DNA from: Eledone cirrhosa
Taxonomy: Eukaryota
Assembly (NCBI GenBank): GCA_964016885.1
Contig: OZ024740.1
Span: 14,942,001-15,006,000 of the forward strand
Length of the DNA stretch: 64,000 bases
Direction of reading: 5' to 3'
Position 1 is the first letter of the stretch. Each line of letters opens with the position of its first letter. The notes under the pieces were generated by a model, which made no database searches, had not been told where the DNA came from, and saw only the letters and a list, made by a program, of their open reading frames with translations. Shown piece by piece: positions 40,001 to 55,300 of the stretch. Position numbers and translations under genes: made by a program.

Positions 40001-43000
40001 TCCTACTAAACAGAGGTGTGACATATAGGATGTTTTAACACATTCATGGTTATATTTCCCACTAAACAGAGGTGTGAAATATAGGATGTTTTACACACCT
40101 TCATGGTTATATTTCCCACTAAACAGAGGTGTGAAATATAGGATGTTTTAAACACCTTCATGGCTATATTTCCCACTAAACAGATGTGAGGAATATAGGA
40201 TGTTTTAAACCCCTTCATGGTTATATTTCACACTAAACAGAGGTGTGGAATATAGGATGCTTTAAACACCTTCATGGTTATAATTCCCACTAAACAGAGG
40301 TGTGAAATATAGGATGCTTTAAACACCTTCATGGTTATATTTCCCCCTAAACAGAGGTGTGCAATATAGGATGTTTTAAACACCTTCATGGTTATATTTC
40401 TCACTAAACAGAGGTGTGAAATATAGGATGTTTTAACACCTTCATGGTTATATTTCCCACTAAACAGAGGTGTGAAATATAGGATGTTTTAAACACCTTC
40501 ATGGTTATATTTCCCACTAAACAGAGGTGTGAAATATAGGATGTTTTAAAAACCTTCATGCTTATATTTCCCACTAAACAGAGGTGTGAAATATAGGATG
40601 TTTTAAACACCTTCATGGTTATATTTCCCACTAAACAGAGGTGTGAAATATAGGATGTTTTAAACCCCTTCATGGTTATATTTCCCACTAAACAGAGGTG
40701 TGCAATATAGGATGTTTTAAACACCTTCATGATTATATTTCCCACTAAACAGAGGTGTGAAATATAGGATGTTTTAAACACCTTCATGGTTATATTTCCC
40801 ACTACACAGAGGTGTGAAATATAGGGTGTTGTAAACAGCTTCATGATTATATTTCCCACTAAACAGAGGTGTGAAATATAGAATGTTTTAAATACCTTCA
40901 TGGTTATATTTCCCAATAAACAGAGGTGTGAAATATAGGATGTTTCAAACACCTTCAAGGTTATATTTCCCACTAAACAGAGGTGTGAAATATAGGATGT
41001 TTTAAACACCTTCATGGTTATATTTCCCACTAAACAGAGGTGTGAAATATAGGATGTTTTAAACACCTTCATGGTTATATTTCCCACTAAAGAGAGGTGT
41101 GAAATATAGGATGTTTTAAACACCTTCATGGTTATATTTCCTACTAAACAGAGGTGTGAAATATAGGATGTTTTAAACACCTTCATGATTATATTTCCCA
41201 CTAAACAGGTGTGAAATATAGGATGTTTTAAACCCCTTCATGGTTATATTTCCCACTAAACAGAGGTGTGCAATATAGGATGTTTTAAACACCTTCATGA
41301 TTATATTTCCCACTAAACAGAGGTGTGAAATATAGGATGTTGTAAACACCTTCATGGTTATATTTCCCACTACACAGAGGTGTGAAATATAGGGTGTTTT
41401 AAACACCTTCATGATTATATTTCCCACTAAACAGAGGTGTGAAATATAGAATGTTTTAAATACCTTCATGGTTATATTTCCCAATAAACAGAGGTTTGAA
41501 ATATAGGATGTTTTAAACACGTTCATGGTTATATTTCCCACTAAACAGAGGTGTGAAATATAGGATGTTTTAAACACCTTCATGGTTAAATTTCCCACTA
41601 AACAGAGGTGTGAAATATAGGATGTTCTAAACACCTTCATGGCTATATTTTCCACTAAACAGAGGTGTGGAATATAGGATGTTTTAAACCCCTTCATGGT
41701 TATATTTCACACTAAACAGAGGTGTGGAATATAGGATGTTTAAAACAACTTCATGGTTATATTTCCCACTAAACAGAGGTGTGAAATATAGAATGTTTTA
41801 AATACCTTCATGGTTATATTTCCCAATAAACAGAGGTGTGAAATATAGGATGTTTTAAACACCTTCATGATTATATTTCCCACTAAACAGAGGTGTGAAA
41901 TATAGGATGTTTTACACACCTTCATGGTTATATTTCCCACTAAACAGAGGTGTGAAATATAGGATGTTTTAAACACCTTCATGGCTATATTTCCCACTAA
42001 ACAGAGGTGAGGAATATAGGATGTTTTAAACCCCTTCATGGTTATATTTCACACTAAACAGAGGTGTGGAATATAGGATGCTTTAAACACCTTCATGGTT
42101 ATAATTCCCACTAAACAGAGGTGTGAAATATAGGATGTTTTAAACACCTTCATGGTTATATTTCCCACTAAACAGAGGTGTGAAATATAGGATGTTTTAC
42201 ACACCTTCATGGTTATATTTCCCACTAAACAGAGGTGTGAAATATAGGATGTTTTAAACACCTTCATGGCTATATTTCCCACTGAACAGAGGTGAGGAAT
42301 ATAGGATGTTTTAAACCCCTTCATGGTTATATTTCACACTAAACAGAGGTGTGGAATATAGGATGCTTTAAACACCTTCATGGTTATAATTCCCACTAAA
42401 CAGAGGTGTGAAATATAGGATGCTTTAAACACCTTCTTGGTTATATTTCCCACTAAACAGAGGTGTGAAATATAGGATGTTTTAAACACCTTCATGGTTA
42501 TATTTCTCACTAAACAGAGGTGTGAAATATAGGATGTTTTAACACCTTCATGGTTATATTTCCCACTAAACAGAGGTGTGAAATATAGGATGTTTTAAAC
42601 ACCTTCATGGTTATATTTCCCACTAAACAGAGGTGTGAAATATAGGATGTTTTAAAAACCTTCATGCTTATATTTCCCACTAAACAGAGGTGTGAAATAT
42701 AGGATGTTTTAAACACCTTCATGGTTATATTTCCCACTAAACAGAGGTGTGAAATATAGGATGTTTTAAACCCCTTCATGGTTATATTTCCCACTAAACA
42801 GAGGTGTGCAATATAGGATGTTTTAAACACCTTCATGATTATATTTCCCACTAAACAGAGGTGTGAAATATAGGATGTTTTAAACACCTTCATGGTTATA
42901 TTTCCCACTACACAGAGGTGTGAAATATAGGGTCTTGTAAACAGCTTCATGATTATATTTCCCACTAAACAGAGGTGTGAAATATAGAATGTTTTAAATA

Positions 43001-43299
43001 CCTTCATGGTTATATTTCCCAATAAACAGAGGTGTGAAATATAGGATGTTCCAAACACCTTCAAGGTTATATTTCCCACTAAACAGAGGTGTGAAATATA
43101 GGATGTTTTAAACCCCTTCATGGTTATATTTCCCACTAAACAGGTGTGAAATATAGGATGTTTTAAACCCCTTCATGGTTATATTTCCCACTAAACAGAG
43201 GTGTGCAATATAGGATGTTTTAAACACCTTCATGATTATATTTCCCACTAAACAGAGGTGTGAAATATAGGATGTTGTAAACACCTTCATGGTTATATT

Positions 43300-46200
43300 T
43301 CCCACTACACAGAGGTGTGAAATATAGGGTGTTGTAAACACCTTCATGATTATATTTCCCACTAAACAGAGGTGTGAAATATAGAATGTTTTAAATACCT
43401 TCATGGTTATATTTCCCAATAAACAGAGGTTTGAAATATAGGATGTTTTAAACACGTTCATGGTTATATTTCCCACTAAACAGAGGTGTGAAATATAGGA
43501 TGTTTTAAACACCTTCATGTTTATGTTTCCCACTAAACAGAGGTGTGAAATATAGGATGTTTTAAACACCTTCATGGTTATATTTCCCACTAAACAGAGT
43601 TGTGCAATATAGGATGTTTTAACCACCTTCATGGTTATATTTCCCACTAAACAGAGGTGTGAAATATAGGATGTTTTAAACACCTTCATGGTTATATTTC
43701 CCACTAAACAGAGGTAAGAAATATAGGATGTTTTAAACCCCTTCATGGTTATATTTCCCACTAAACAGAGGTGTGCAATATAGGATGTTTTAAACACCTT
43801 CATGATTATATTTCCCACTAATCAGAGGTGTGAAATATAGGATGTTGTAAACACCTTCATGGTTATATTTCCCACTACACAGAGGTGTGAAATATAGGAT
43901 GTTGTAAACACCTTCATGATTATACTTCCCACTAAACAGAGGTGTGAAATATAGAATGTTATAAATACCTTCATGGTTATATTTCCCAATAAACAGAGGT
44001 GTGAAATATAGGATGTTTTAAACACCTTCATGGTTATATTTCCCACTAAACAGAGGTGTGAAATATAGGATGTTTTAAACACCTTCATGGCTATATTTCC
44101 CACTAAACAGAGGTGAGAAGTATAGGATGTTTTAAACACCTTCATGGTTATATTTCCCACTAAACTGAGGTGTGAAATATCGGATGTTTTAAACACCTTC
44201 ATGGTTAAATTTCCCACTAAACAGAGGTGTGAAATATAGGATGTTCTAAACACCTTCATGGCTATATTTTCCACTAAACAGAGGTGTGGAATATAGGATG
44301 TTTTAAACCCCTTCATGGTTATATTTCACACTAAACAGAGGTGTGGAATATAGGATGTTTAAAATACCTTCATGGTTATATTTCCCACTAAACAGAGGTG
44401 TGAAATATAGAATGTTTTAAATACCTTCATGGTTATATTTCCCAATAAACAGAGGTGTGAAATACAGGATGTTTTAAACACCTTCATGGTTATATTTCCC
44501 AATAAACAGAGGTGTGAAATATAGGATGTTTTAAACACCTTCATGGTTATATTTCCCACTAAACAGAGGTGTGAAATATAGGATGTTGTAAACACCTTCA
44601 TGGTTACATTTCCCACTAAACAGAGGTGTGAAATATAGGATGTTTAAAACACCTTCATGGTTATATTTCCTACTAAACAGAGGTGTGACATATAGGATGT
44701 TTTAACACATTCATGGTTATATTTCCCACTAAACAGAGGTGTGAAATATAGGATGTTTTACACACCTTCATGGTTATATTTCCCACTAAACAGAGGTGTG
44801 AAATATAGGATGTTTTAAACACCTTCATGGCTATATTTCCCACTAAACAGAGGTGTGAAATATAGGGTGTTGTAAACACCTTCATGATTATATTTCCCAC
44901 TAAACAGAGGTGTGAAATATAGGATGTTTTAAACACCTTCATGGTTATATTTCCCACTAAACAGAGGTGTGAAATATAGGATGTTTTAAAAACCTTCATG
45001 CTTATATTTCCCACTAAACAGAGGTGTGAAATATAGGATGTTTTAAACACCTTCATGGTTATATTTCCCACTAAACAGAGGTGTGAAATATAGGATGTTT
45101 TAAACCCCTTCATGGTTATATTTCCCACTAAACAGAGGTGTGCAATATAGGATGTTTTAAACACCTTCAAGATTATATTTCCCACTAAACAGAGGTGTGA
45201 AATATAGGATGTTTTAAACACCTTCATGTTTATATTTCCCACTACACAGAGGTGTGAAATATAGGGTGTTGTAAACAGCTTCATGATTATATTTCCCACT
45301 AAACAGAGGTGTGAAATATAGGATGTTTAAAACACCTTCATGGTTATATTTCCCAATAAACAGAGGTGTGAAATATAGGATGTTGTAAACACCTTCATGG
45401 TTACATTTCCCACTAAACAGAGGTGTGAAATATAGGATGTTTAAAACACCTTCATGGTTATATTTCCTACTAAACAGAGGTGTGACATATAGGATGTTTT
45501 AACACATTCATGGTTATATTTCCCACTAAACAGAGGTGTGAAATATAGGATGTTTTACACACCTTCTTGGTTATATTTCCCACTAAACAGAGGTGTGAAA
45601 TATAGGATGTTTTAAACACCTTCATGGCTATATTTCCCACTAAACAGAGGTGAGGAATATAGGATGTTTTAAACCCCTTCATGGTTATATTTCACACTAA
45701 ACAGAGGTGTGGAATATAGGATGCTTTAAACACCTTCATGTTTATAATTCCCACTAAACAGAGGTGTGAAATATAGGATGCTTTAAACACCTTCTTGGTT
45801 ATATTTCCCACTAAACAGAGGTGTGAAATATAGGATGTTTTAAACACCTTCATGGTTATATTTCCCCCTAAACAGAGGTGTGCAATATAGGATGTTTTAA
45901 ACACCTTCATGGTTATATTTCTCACTAAACAGAGGTGTGAAATATAGGATGTTTTAACACCTTCATGGTTATATTTCCCACTAAACAGAGGTGGGAAATA
46001 TAGGATGTTTTAAACACCTTCATGGTTATATTTCACACTAAACAGAGGTGTGAAATATAGGATGTTTTAAAAACCTTCATGCTTATATTTCCCACTAAAC
46101 AGAGGTGTGAAATATAGGATGTTTTAAACACCTTCATGGTTATATTTCCCACTAAACAGAGGTGTGAAATATAGGATGTTTTAAACCCCTTCATGGTTAT

Positions 46201-49200
46201 ATTTCCCACTAAACAGAGGTGTGCAATATAGGATGTTTTAAACACCTTCATGATTATATTTCCCACTAAACAGAGGTGTGAAATATAGGATGTTTTAAAC
46301 ACCTTCATGGTTATATTTCCCACTACACAGAGGTGTGAAATATAGGGTGTTGTAAACAGCTTCATGATTATATTTCCCACTAAACAGAGGTGTGAAATAT
46401 AGAATGTTTTAAATACCTTCATGGTTATATTTCCCAATAAACAGAGGTGTGAAATATAGGATGTTTCAAACACCTTCAAGGTTATATTTCCCACTAAACA
46501 GAGGTGTGAAATATAGGATGTTTTAAACACCTTCATGGTTATATTTCCCACTAAACAGAGGTGTGAAATATAGGATGTTCTAAACACCTTCATGGCTATA
46601 TTTTCCACTAAACAGAGGTGTGGAATATAGGATGTTTAAAACACCTTCATGGTTATATTTCCTACTAAACAGAGGTGTGACATATAGGATGTTTTAACAC
46701 ATTCATGGTTATATTTCCCACTAAACAGAGGTGTGAAATATAGGATGTTTTACACACCTTCATGGTTATATTTCCCACTAAACAGAGGTGTGAAATATAG
46801 GATGTTTAAAACACCTTCATGGTTATATTTCCTACTAAACAGAGGTGTGACATATAGGATGTTTTAACACATTCATGGTTATATTTCCCACTAAACAGAG
46901 GTGTGAAATATAGGATGTTTTACACACCTTCATGGTTATATTTCCCACTAAACAGAGGTGTGAAATATAGGATGTTTTAAACACCTTCATGGCTATATTT
47001 CCCACTAAACAGAGGTGTGAAATATAGGATGTTTTAAACACCTTCATGGCTATATTTCCCACTAAACAGAGGTGAGGAATATAGGATGTTTTAAACCCCT
47101 TCATGGTTATATTTCACACTAAACAGAGGTGTGGAATATAGGATGCTTTAAACACCTTCATGGTTATATTTCCCACTACACAGAGGTGTGAAATATAGGG
47201 TGTTGTAAACACCTTCATGATTATATTTCCCACTAAACAGAGGTGTGAAATATAGAATGTTTTAAATACCTTCATGGTTATATTTCCCAATAAACAGAGG
47301 TTTGAAATATAGGATGTTTTAAACACGTTCATGGTTATATTTCCCACTAAACAGAGGTGTGAAATATAGGATGTTTTAAACACCTTCATGTTTAAGTTTC
47401 CCACTAAACAGAGGTGTGAAATATAGGATGTTTTAAACACCTTCATGGTTATATTTCCCACTAAACAGAGTTGTGCAATATAGGATGTTTTAACCACCTT
47501 CATGGTTATATTTCCCACTAAACAGAGGTAAGAAATATAGGATGTTTTAAACCCCTTCATGGTTATATTTCCCACTAAACAGAGGTGTGCAATATAGGAT
47601 GTTTTAAACACCTTCATGATTATATTTCCCACTAATCAGAGGTGTGAAATATAGGATGTTGTAAACACCTTCATGGTTATATTTCCCACTACACAGAGGT
47701 GTGAAATATAGGATGTTGTAAACACCTTCATGATTATACTTCCCACTAAACAGAGGTGTGAAATATAGAATGTTATAAATACCTTCATGGTTATATTTCC
47801 CAATAAACAGAGGTGTGAAATATAGGATGTTTTAAACACCTTCATGGTTATATTTCCCACTAAACAGAGGTGTGAAATATAGGATGTTTTAAACACCTTC
47901 ATGGCTATATTTCCCACTAAACAGAGGTGAGAAGTATAGGATGTTTTAAACACCTTCATGGTTATATTTCCCACTAAACTGAGGTGTGAAATATCGGATG
48001 TTTTAAACACCTTCATGGTTAAATTTCCCACTAAACAGAGGTGTGAAATATAGGATGTTCTAAACACCTTCATGGCTATATTTTCCACTAAACAGAGGTG
48101 TGGAATATAGGATGTTTTAAACCCCTTCATGGTTATATTTCACACTAAACAGAGGTGTGGAATATAGGATGTTTAAAATACCTTCATGGTTATATTTCCC
48201 ACTAAACAGAGGTGTGAAATATAGAATGTTTTAAATACCTTCATGGTTATATTTCCCAATAAACAGAGGTGTGAAATACAGGATGTTTTAAACACCTTCA
48301 TGGTTATATTTCCCAATAAACAGAGGTGTGAAATATAGGATGTTTTAAACACCTTCATGGTTATATTTCCCACTAAACAGAGGTGTGAAATATAGGATGT
48401 TGTAAACACCTTCATGGTTACATTTCCCACTAAACAGAGGTGTGAAATATAGGATGTTTAAAACACCTTCATGGTTATATTTCCTACTAAACAGAGGTGT
48501 GACATATAGGATGTTTTAACACATTCATGGTTATATTTCCCACTAAACAGAGGTGTGAAATATAGGATGTTTTACACACCTTCATGGTTATATTTCCCAC
48601 TAAACAGAGGTGTGAAATATAGGATGTTTTAAACACCTTCATGGCTATATTTCCCACTAAACAGAGGTGTGAAATATAGGGTGTTGTAAACACCTTCATG
48701 ATTATATTTCCCACTAAACAGAGGTGTGAAATATAGGATGTTTTAAACACCTTCATGGTTATATTTCCCACTAAACAGAGGTGTGAAATATAGGATGTTT
48801 TAAAAACCTTCATGCTTATATTTCCCACTAAACAGAGGTGTGAAATATAGGATGTTTTAAACACCTTCATGGTTATATTTCCCACTAAACAGAGGTGTGA
48901 AATATAGGATGTTTTAAACCCCTTCATGGTTATATTTCCCACTAAACAGAGGTGTGCAATATAGGATGTTTTAAACACCTTCAAGATTATATTTCCCACT
49001 AAACAGAGGTGTGAAATATAGGATGTTTTAAACACCTTCATGTTTATATTTCCCACTACACAGAGGTGTGAAATATAGGGTGTTGTAAACAGCTTCATGA
49101 TTATATTTCCCACTAAACAGAGGTGTGAAATATAGGATGTTTAAAACACCTTCATGGTTATATTTCCCAATAAACAGAGGTGTGAAATATAGGATGTTGT

Positions 49201-50930
49201 AAACACCTTCATGGTTACATTTCCCACTAAACAGAGGTGTGAAATATAGGATGTTTAAAACACCTTCATGGTTATATTTCCTACTAAACAGAGGTGTGAC
49301 ATATAGAATGTTTTAACACATTCATGGTTATATTTCCCACTAAACAGAGGTGTGAAATATAGGATGTTTTACACACCTTCATGGTTATATTTCCCACTAA
49401 ACAGAGGTGTGAAATATAGGATGTTTTAAACACCTTCATGGCTATATTTCCCACTAAACAGAGGTGAGGAATATAGGATGTTTTAAACCCCTTCATGGTT
49501 ATATTTCACACTAAACAGAGGTGTGGAATATAGGATGCTTTAAACACCTTCATGTTTATAATTCCCACTAAACAGAGGTGTGAAATATAGGATGCTTTAA
49601 ACACCTTCTTGGTTATATTTCCCACTAAACAGAGGTGTGAAATATAGGATGTTTTAAACACCTTCATGGTTATATTTCCCCCTAAACAGAGGTGTGCAAT
49701 ATAGGATGTTTTAAACACCTTCATGGTTATATTTCTCACTAAACAGAGGTGTGAAATATAGGATGTTTTAACACCTTCATGGTTATATTTCCCACTAAAC
49801 AGAGGTGGGAAATATAGGATGTTTTAAACACCTTCATGGTTATATTTCCCACTAAACAGAGGTGTGAAATATAGGATGTTTTAAAAACCTTCATGCTTAT
49901 ATTTCCCACTAAACAGAGGTGTGAAATATAGGATGTTTTAAACACCTTCATGGTTATATTTCCCACTAAACAGAGGTGTGAAATATAGGATGTTTTAAAC
50001 CCCTTCATGGTTATATTTCCCACTAAACAGAGGTGTGCAATATAGGATGTTTTAAACACCTTCATGATTATATTTCCCACTAAACAGAGGTGTGAAATAT
50101 AGGATGTTTTAAACACCTTCATGGTTATATTTCCCACTACACAGAGGTGTGAAATATAGGGTGTTGTAAACAGCTTCATGATTATATTTCCCACTAAACA
50201 GAGGTGTGAAATATAGAATGTTTTAAATACCTTCATGGTTATATTTCCCAATAAACAGAGGTGTGAAATATAGGATGTTTCAAACACCTTCAAGGTTATA
50301 TTTCCCACTAAACAGAGGTGTGAAATATAGGATGTTTTAAACACCTTCATGGTTATATTTCCCACTAAACAGAGGTGTGAAATATAGGATGTTCTAAACA
50401 CCTTCATGGCTATATTTTCCACTAAACAGAGGTGTGGAATATAGGATGTTTAAAACACCTTCATGGTTATATTTCCTACTAAACAGAGGTGTGACATATA
50501 GGATGTTTTAACACATTCATGGTTATATTTCCCACTAAACAGAGGTGTGAAATATAGGATGTTTTACACACCTTCATGGTTATATTTCCCACTAAACAGA
50601 GGTGTGAAATATAGGATGTTTAAAACACCTTCATGGTTATATTTCCTACTAAACAGAGGTGTGACATATAGGATGTTTTAACACATTCATGGTTATATTT
50701 CCCACTAAACAGAGGTGTGAAATATAGGATGTTTTACACACCTTCATGGTTATATTTCCCACTAAACAGAGGTGTGAAATATAGGATGTTTTAAACACCT
50801 TCATGGCTATATTTCCCACTAAACAGAGGTGTGAAATATAGGATGTTTTAAACACCTTCATGGCTATATTTCCCACTAAACAGAGGTGAGGAATATAGGA
50901 TGTTTTAAACCCCTTCATGGTTATATTTCA
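43300..50930. repeat. Tandem duplication of 3814 bp (67 monomers)
   Basis: ORF pairs 43822/47636, 44359/48173, 44673/48487, 45470/49284, 45692/49506 and 46835/50649. The diagnostic CAAGATT variant occurs at 45168 and 48982. Confidence 0.88.
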
Positions 50931-52358
50931 CACTAAACAGAGGTGTGGAATATAGGATGCTTTAAACACCTTCATGGTTATAATTCCCACTAAACAGAGG
51001 TGTGAAATATAGGATGTTTTAAACACCTTCATGGTTATATTTCCCACTAAACAGAGGTGTGAAATATAGGATGTTTTACACACCTTCATGGTTATATTTC
51101 CCACTAAACAGAGGTGTGAAATATAGGATGTTTTAAACACCTTCATGGCTATATTTCCCACTAAACAGAGGTGAGGAATATAGGATGTTTTAAACCCCTT
51201 CATGGTTATATTTCACACTAAACAGAGGTGTGGAATATAGGATGCTTTAAACACCTTCATGGTTATAATTCCCACTAAACAGAGGTGTGAAATATAGGAT
51301 GCTTTAAACACCTTCTTGGTTATATTTCCCACTAAACAGAGGTGTGAAATATAGGATGTTTTAAACACCTTCATGGTTATATTTCTCACTAAACAGAGGT
51401 GTGAAATATAGGATGTTTTAACACCTTCATGGTTATATTTCCCACTAAACAGAGGTGTGAAATATAGGATGTTTTAAACACCTTCATGGTTATATTTCCC
51501 ACTAAACAGAGGTGTGAAATATAGGATGTTTTAAAAACCTTCATGCTTATATTTCCCACTAAACAGAGGTGTGAAATATAGGATGTTTTAAACACCTTCA
51601 TGGTTATATTTCCCACTAAACAGAGGTGTGAAATATAGGATGTTTTAAACCCCTTCATGGTTATATTTCCCACTAAACAGGTGTGAAATATAGGATGTTT
51701 TAAACCCCTTCATGGTTATATTTCCCACTAAACAGAGGTGTGCAATATAGGATGTTTTAAACACCTTCATGATTATATTTCCCACTAAACAGAGGTGTGA
51801 AATATAGGATGTTGTAAACACCTTCATGGTTATATTTCCCACTACACAGAGGTGTGAAATATAGGGTGTTGTAAACACCTTCATGATTATATTTCCCACT
51901 AAACAGAGGTGTGAAATATAGAATGTTTTAAATACCTTCATGGTTATATTTCCCAATAAACAGAGGTTTGAAATATAGGATGTTTTAAACACGTTCATGG
52001 TTATATTTCCCACTAAACAGAGGTGTGAAATATAGGATGTTTTAAACACCTTCATGTTTATGTTTCCCACTAAACAGAGGTGTGAAATATAGGATGTTTT
52101 AAACACCTTCATGGTTATATTTCCCACTAAACAGAGTTGTGCAATATAGGATGTTTTAACCACCTTCATGGTTATATTTCCCACTAAACAGAGGTGTGAA
52201 ATATAGGATGTTTTAAACACCTTCATGGTTATATTTCCCACTAAACAGAGGTAAGAAATATAGGATGTTTTAAACCCCTTCATGGTTATATTTCCCACTA
52301 AACAGAGGTGTGCAATATAGGATGTTTTAAACACCTTCATGATTATATTTCCCACTAA

Positions 52359-55300
52359 TCAGAGGTGTGAAATATAGGATGTTGTAAACACCTTCATGGT
52401 TATATTTCCCACTACACAGAGGTGTGAAATATAGGATGTTGTAAACACCTTCATGATTATACTTCCCACTAAACAGAGGTGTGAAATATAGAATGTTATA
52501 AATACCTTCATGGTTATATTTCCCAATAAACAGAGGTGTGAAATATAGGATGTTTTAAACACCTTCATGGTTATATTTCCCACTAAACAGAGGTGTGAAA
52601 TATAGGATGTTTTAAACACCTTCATGGCTATATTTCCCACTAAACAGAGGTGAGAAATATAGGATGTTTTAAACACCTTCATGGTTATATTTCCCACTAA
52701 ACTGAGGTGTGAAATATCGGATGTTTTAAACACCTTCATGGTTAAATTTCCCACTAAACAGAGGTGTGAAATATAGGATGTTCTAAACACCTTCATGGCT
52801 ATATTTTCCACTAAACAGAGGTGTGGAATATAGGATGTTTTAAACCCCTTCATGGTTATATTTCACACTAAACAGAGGTGTGGAATATAGGATGTTTAAA
52901 ATACCTTCATGGTTATATTTCCCACTAAACAGAGGTGTGAAATATAGAATGTTTTAAATACCTTCATGGTTATATTTCCCAATAAACAGAGGTGTGAAAT
53001 ACAGGATGTTTTAAACACCTTCATGGTTATATTTCCCAATAAACAGAGGTGTGAAATATAGGATGTTTTAAACACCTTCATGGTTATATTTCCCACTAAA
53101 CAGAGGTGTGAAATATAGGATGTTGTAAACACCTTCATGGTTACATTTCCCACTAAACAGAGGTGTGAAATATAGGATGTTTAAAACACCTTCATGGTTA
53201 TATTTCCTACTAAACAGAGGTGTGACATATAGGATGTTTTAACACATTCATGGTTATATTTCCCACTAAACAGAGGTGTGAAATATAGGATGTTTTACAC
53301 ACCTTCATGGTTATATTTCCCACTAAACAGAGGTGTGAAATATAGGATGTTTTAAACACCTTCATGGCTATATTTCCCACTAAACAGAGGTGTGAAATAT
53401 AGGGTGTTGTAAACACCTTCATGATTATATTTCCCACTAAACAGAGGTGTGAAATATAGGATGTTTTAAACACCTTCATGGTTATATTTCCCACTAAACA
53501 GAGGTGTGAAATATAGGATGTTTTAAAAACCTTCATGCTTATATTTCCCACTAAACAGAGGTGTGAAATATAGGATGTTTTAAACACCTTCATGGTTATA
53601 TTTCCCACTAAACAGAGGTGTGAAATATAGGATGTTTTAAACCCCTTCATGGTTATATTTCCCACTAAACAGAGGTGTGCAATATAGGATGTTTTAAACA
53701 CCTTCAAGATTATATTTCCCACTAAACAGAGGTGTGAAATATAGGATGTTTTAAACACCTTCATGTTTATATTTCCCACTACACAGAGGTGTGAAATATA
53801 GGGTGTTGTAAACAGCTTCATGATTATATTTCCCACTAAACAGAGGTGTGAAATATAGAATGTTTTAAATACCTTCATGGTTATATTTCCCAATAAACAG
53901 AGGTGTGAAATATAGGATGTTTCAAACACCTTCAAGGTTATATTTCCCACTAAACAGAGGTATGAAATATAGGATGTTTTAAACACCTTCATGGTTATAT
54001 TTCCCACTAAACAGAGGTGTGAAATATAGGATGTTTTAAACACCTTCATGGTTATATTTCCCACTAAAGAGAGGTGTGAAATATAGGATGTTTTAAACAC
54101 CTTCATGGTTATATTTCCTACTAAACAGAGGTGTGAAATATAGGATGTTTTAAACACCTTCATGGTTATATTTCCCACTACACAGAGTTGTGAAATATAG
54201 GGTGTTGTAAACACCTTCATGATTATATTTCCCACTAAACAGAGGTGTGAAATATAGAATGTTTTAAATACCTTCATGGTTATATTTCCCAATAAACAGA
54301 GGTGTGAAATATAGGATGTTTTAAACACCTTCATGGTTATATTTCCCACTAAACAGAGGTAAGAAATATAGGATGTTTTAAACCCCTTCATGGTTATATT
54401 TCCCACTAAACAGAGGTGTGCAATATAGGATGTTTTAAACACCTTCATGATTATATTTCCCACTAATCAGAGGTGTGAAATATAGGATGTTGTAAACACC
54501 TTCATGGTTATATTTCCCACTACACAGAGGTGTGAAATATAGGATGTTGTAAACACCTTCATGATTATACTTCCCACTAAACAGAGGTGTGAAATATAGA
54601 ATGTTATAAATACCTTCATGGTTATATTTCCCAATAAACAGAGGTGTGAAATATAGGATGTTTTAAACACCTTCATGGTTATATTTCCCACTAAACAGAG
54701 GTGTGAAATATAGGATGTTTTAAACACCTTCATGGCTATATTTCCCACTAAACAGAGGTGAGAAATATAGGATGTTTTAAACACCTTCATGGTTATATTT
54801 CCCACTAAACTGAGGTGTGAAATATCGGATGTTTTAAACACCTTCATGGTTAAATTTCCCACTAAACAGAGGTGTGAAATATAGGATGTTCTAAACACCT
54901 TCATGGCTATATTTTCCACTAAACAGAGGTGTGGAATATAGGATGTTTTAAACCCCTTCATGGTTATATTTCACACTAAACAGAGGTGTGGAATATAGGA
55001 TGTTTAAAATACCTTCATGGTTATATTTCCCACTAAACAGAGGTGTGAAATATAGAATGTTTTAAATACCTTCATGGTTATATTTCCCAATAAACAGAGG
55101 TGTGAAATACAGGATGTTTTAAACAACTTCATGGTTATATTTCCCAATAAACAGAGGTGTGAAATATAGGATGTTTTAAACACCTTCATGGTTATATTTC
55201 CCACTAAACAGAGGTGTGAAATATAGGATGTTGTAAACACCTTCATGGTTACATTTCCCACTAAACAGAGGTGTGAAATATAGGATGTTTAAAACACCTT

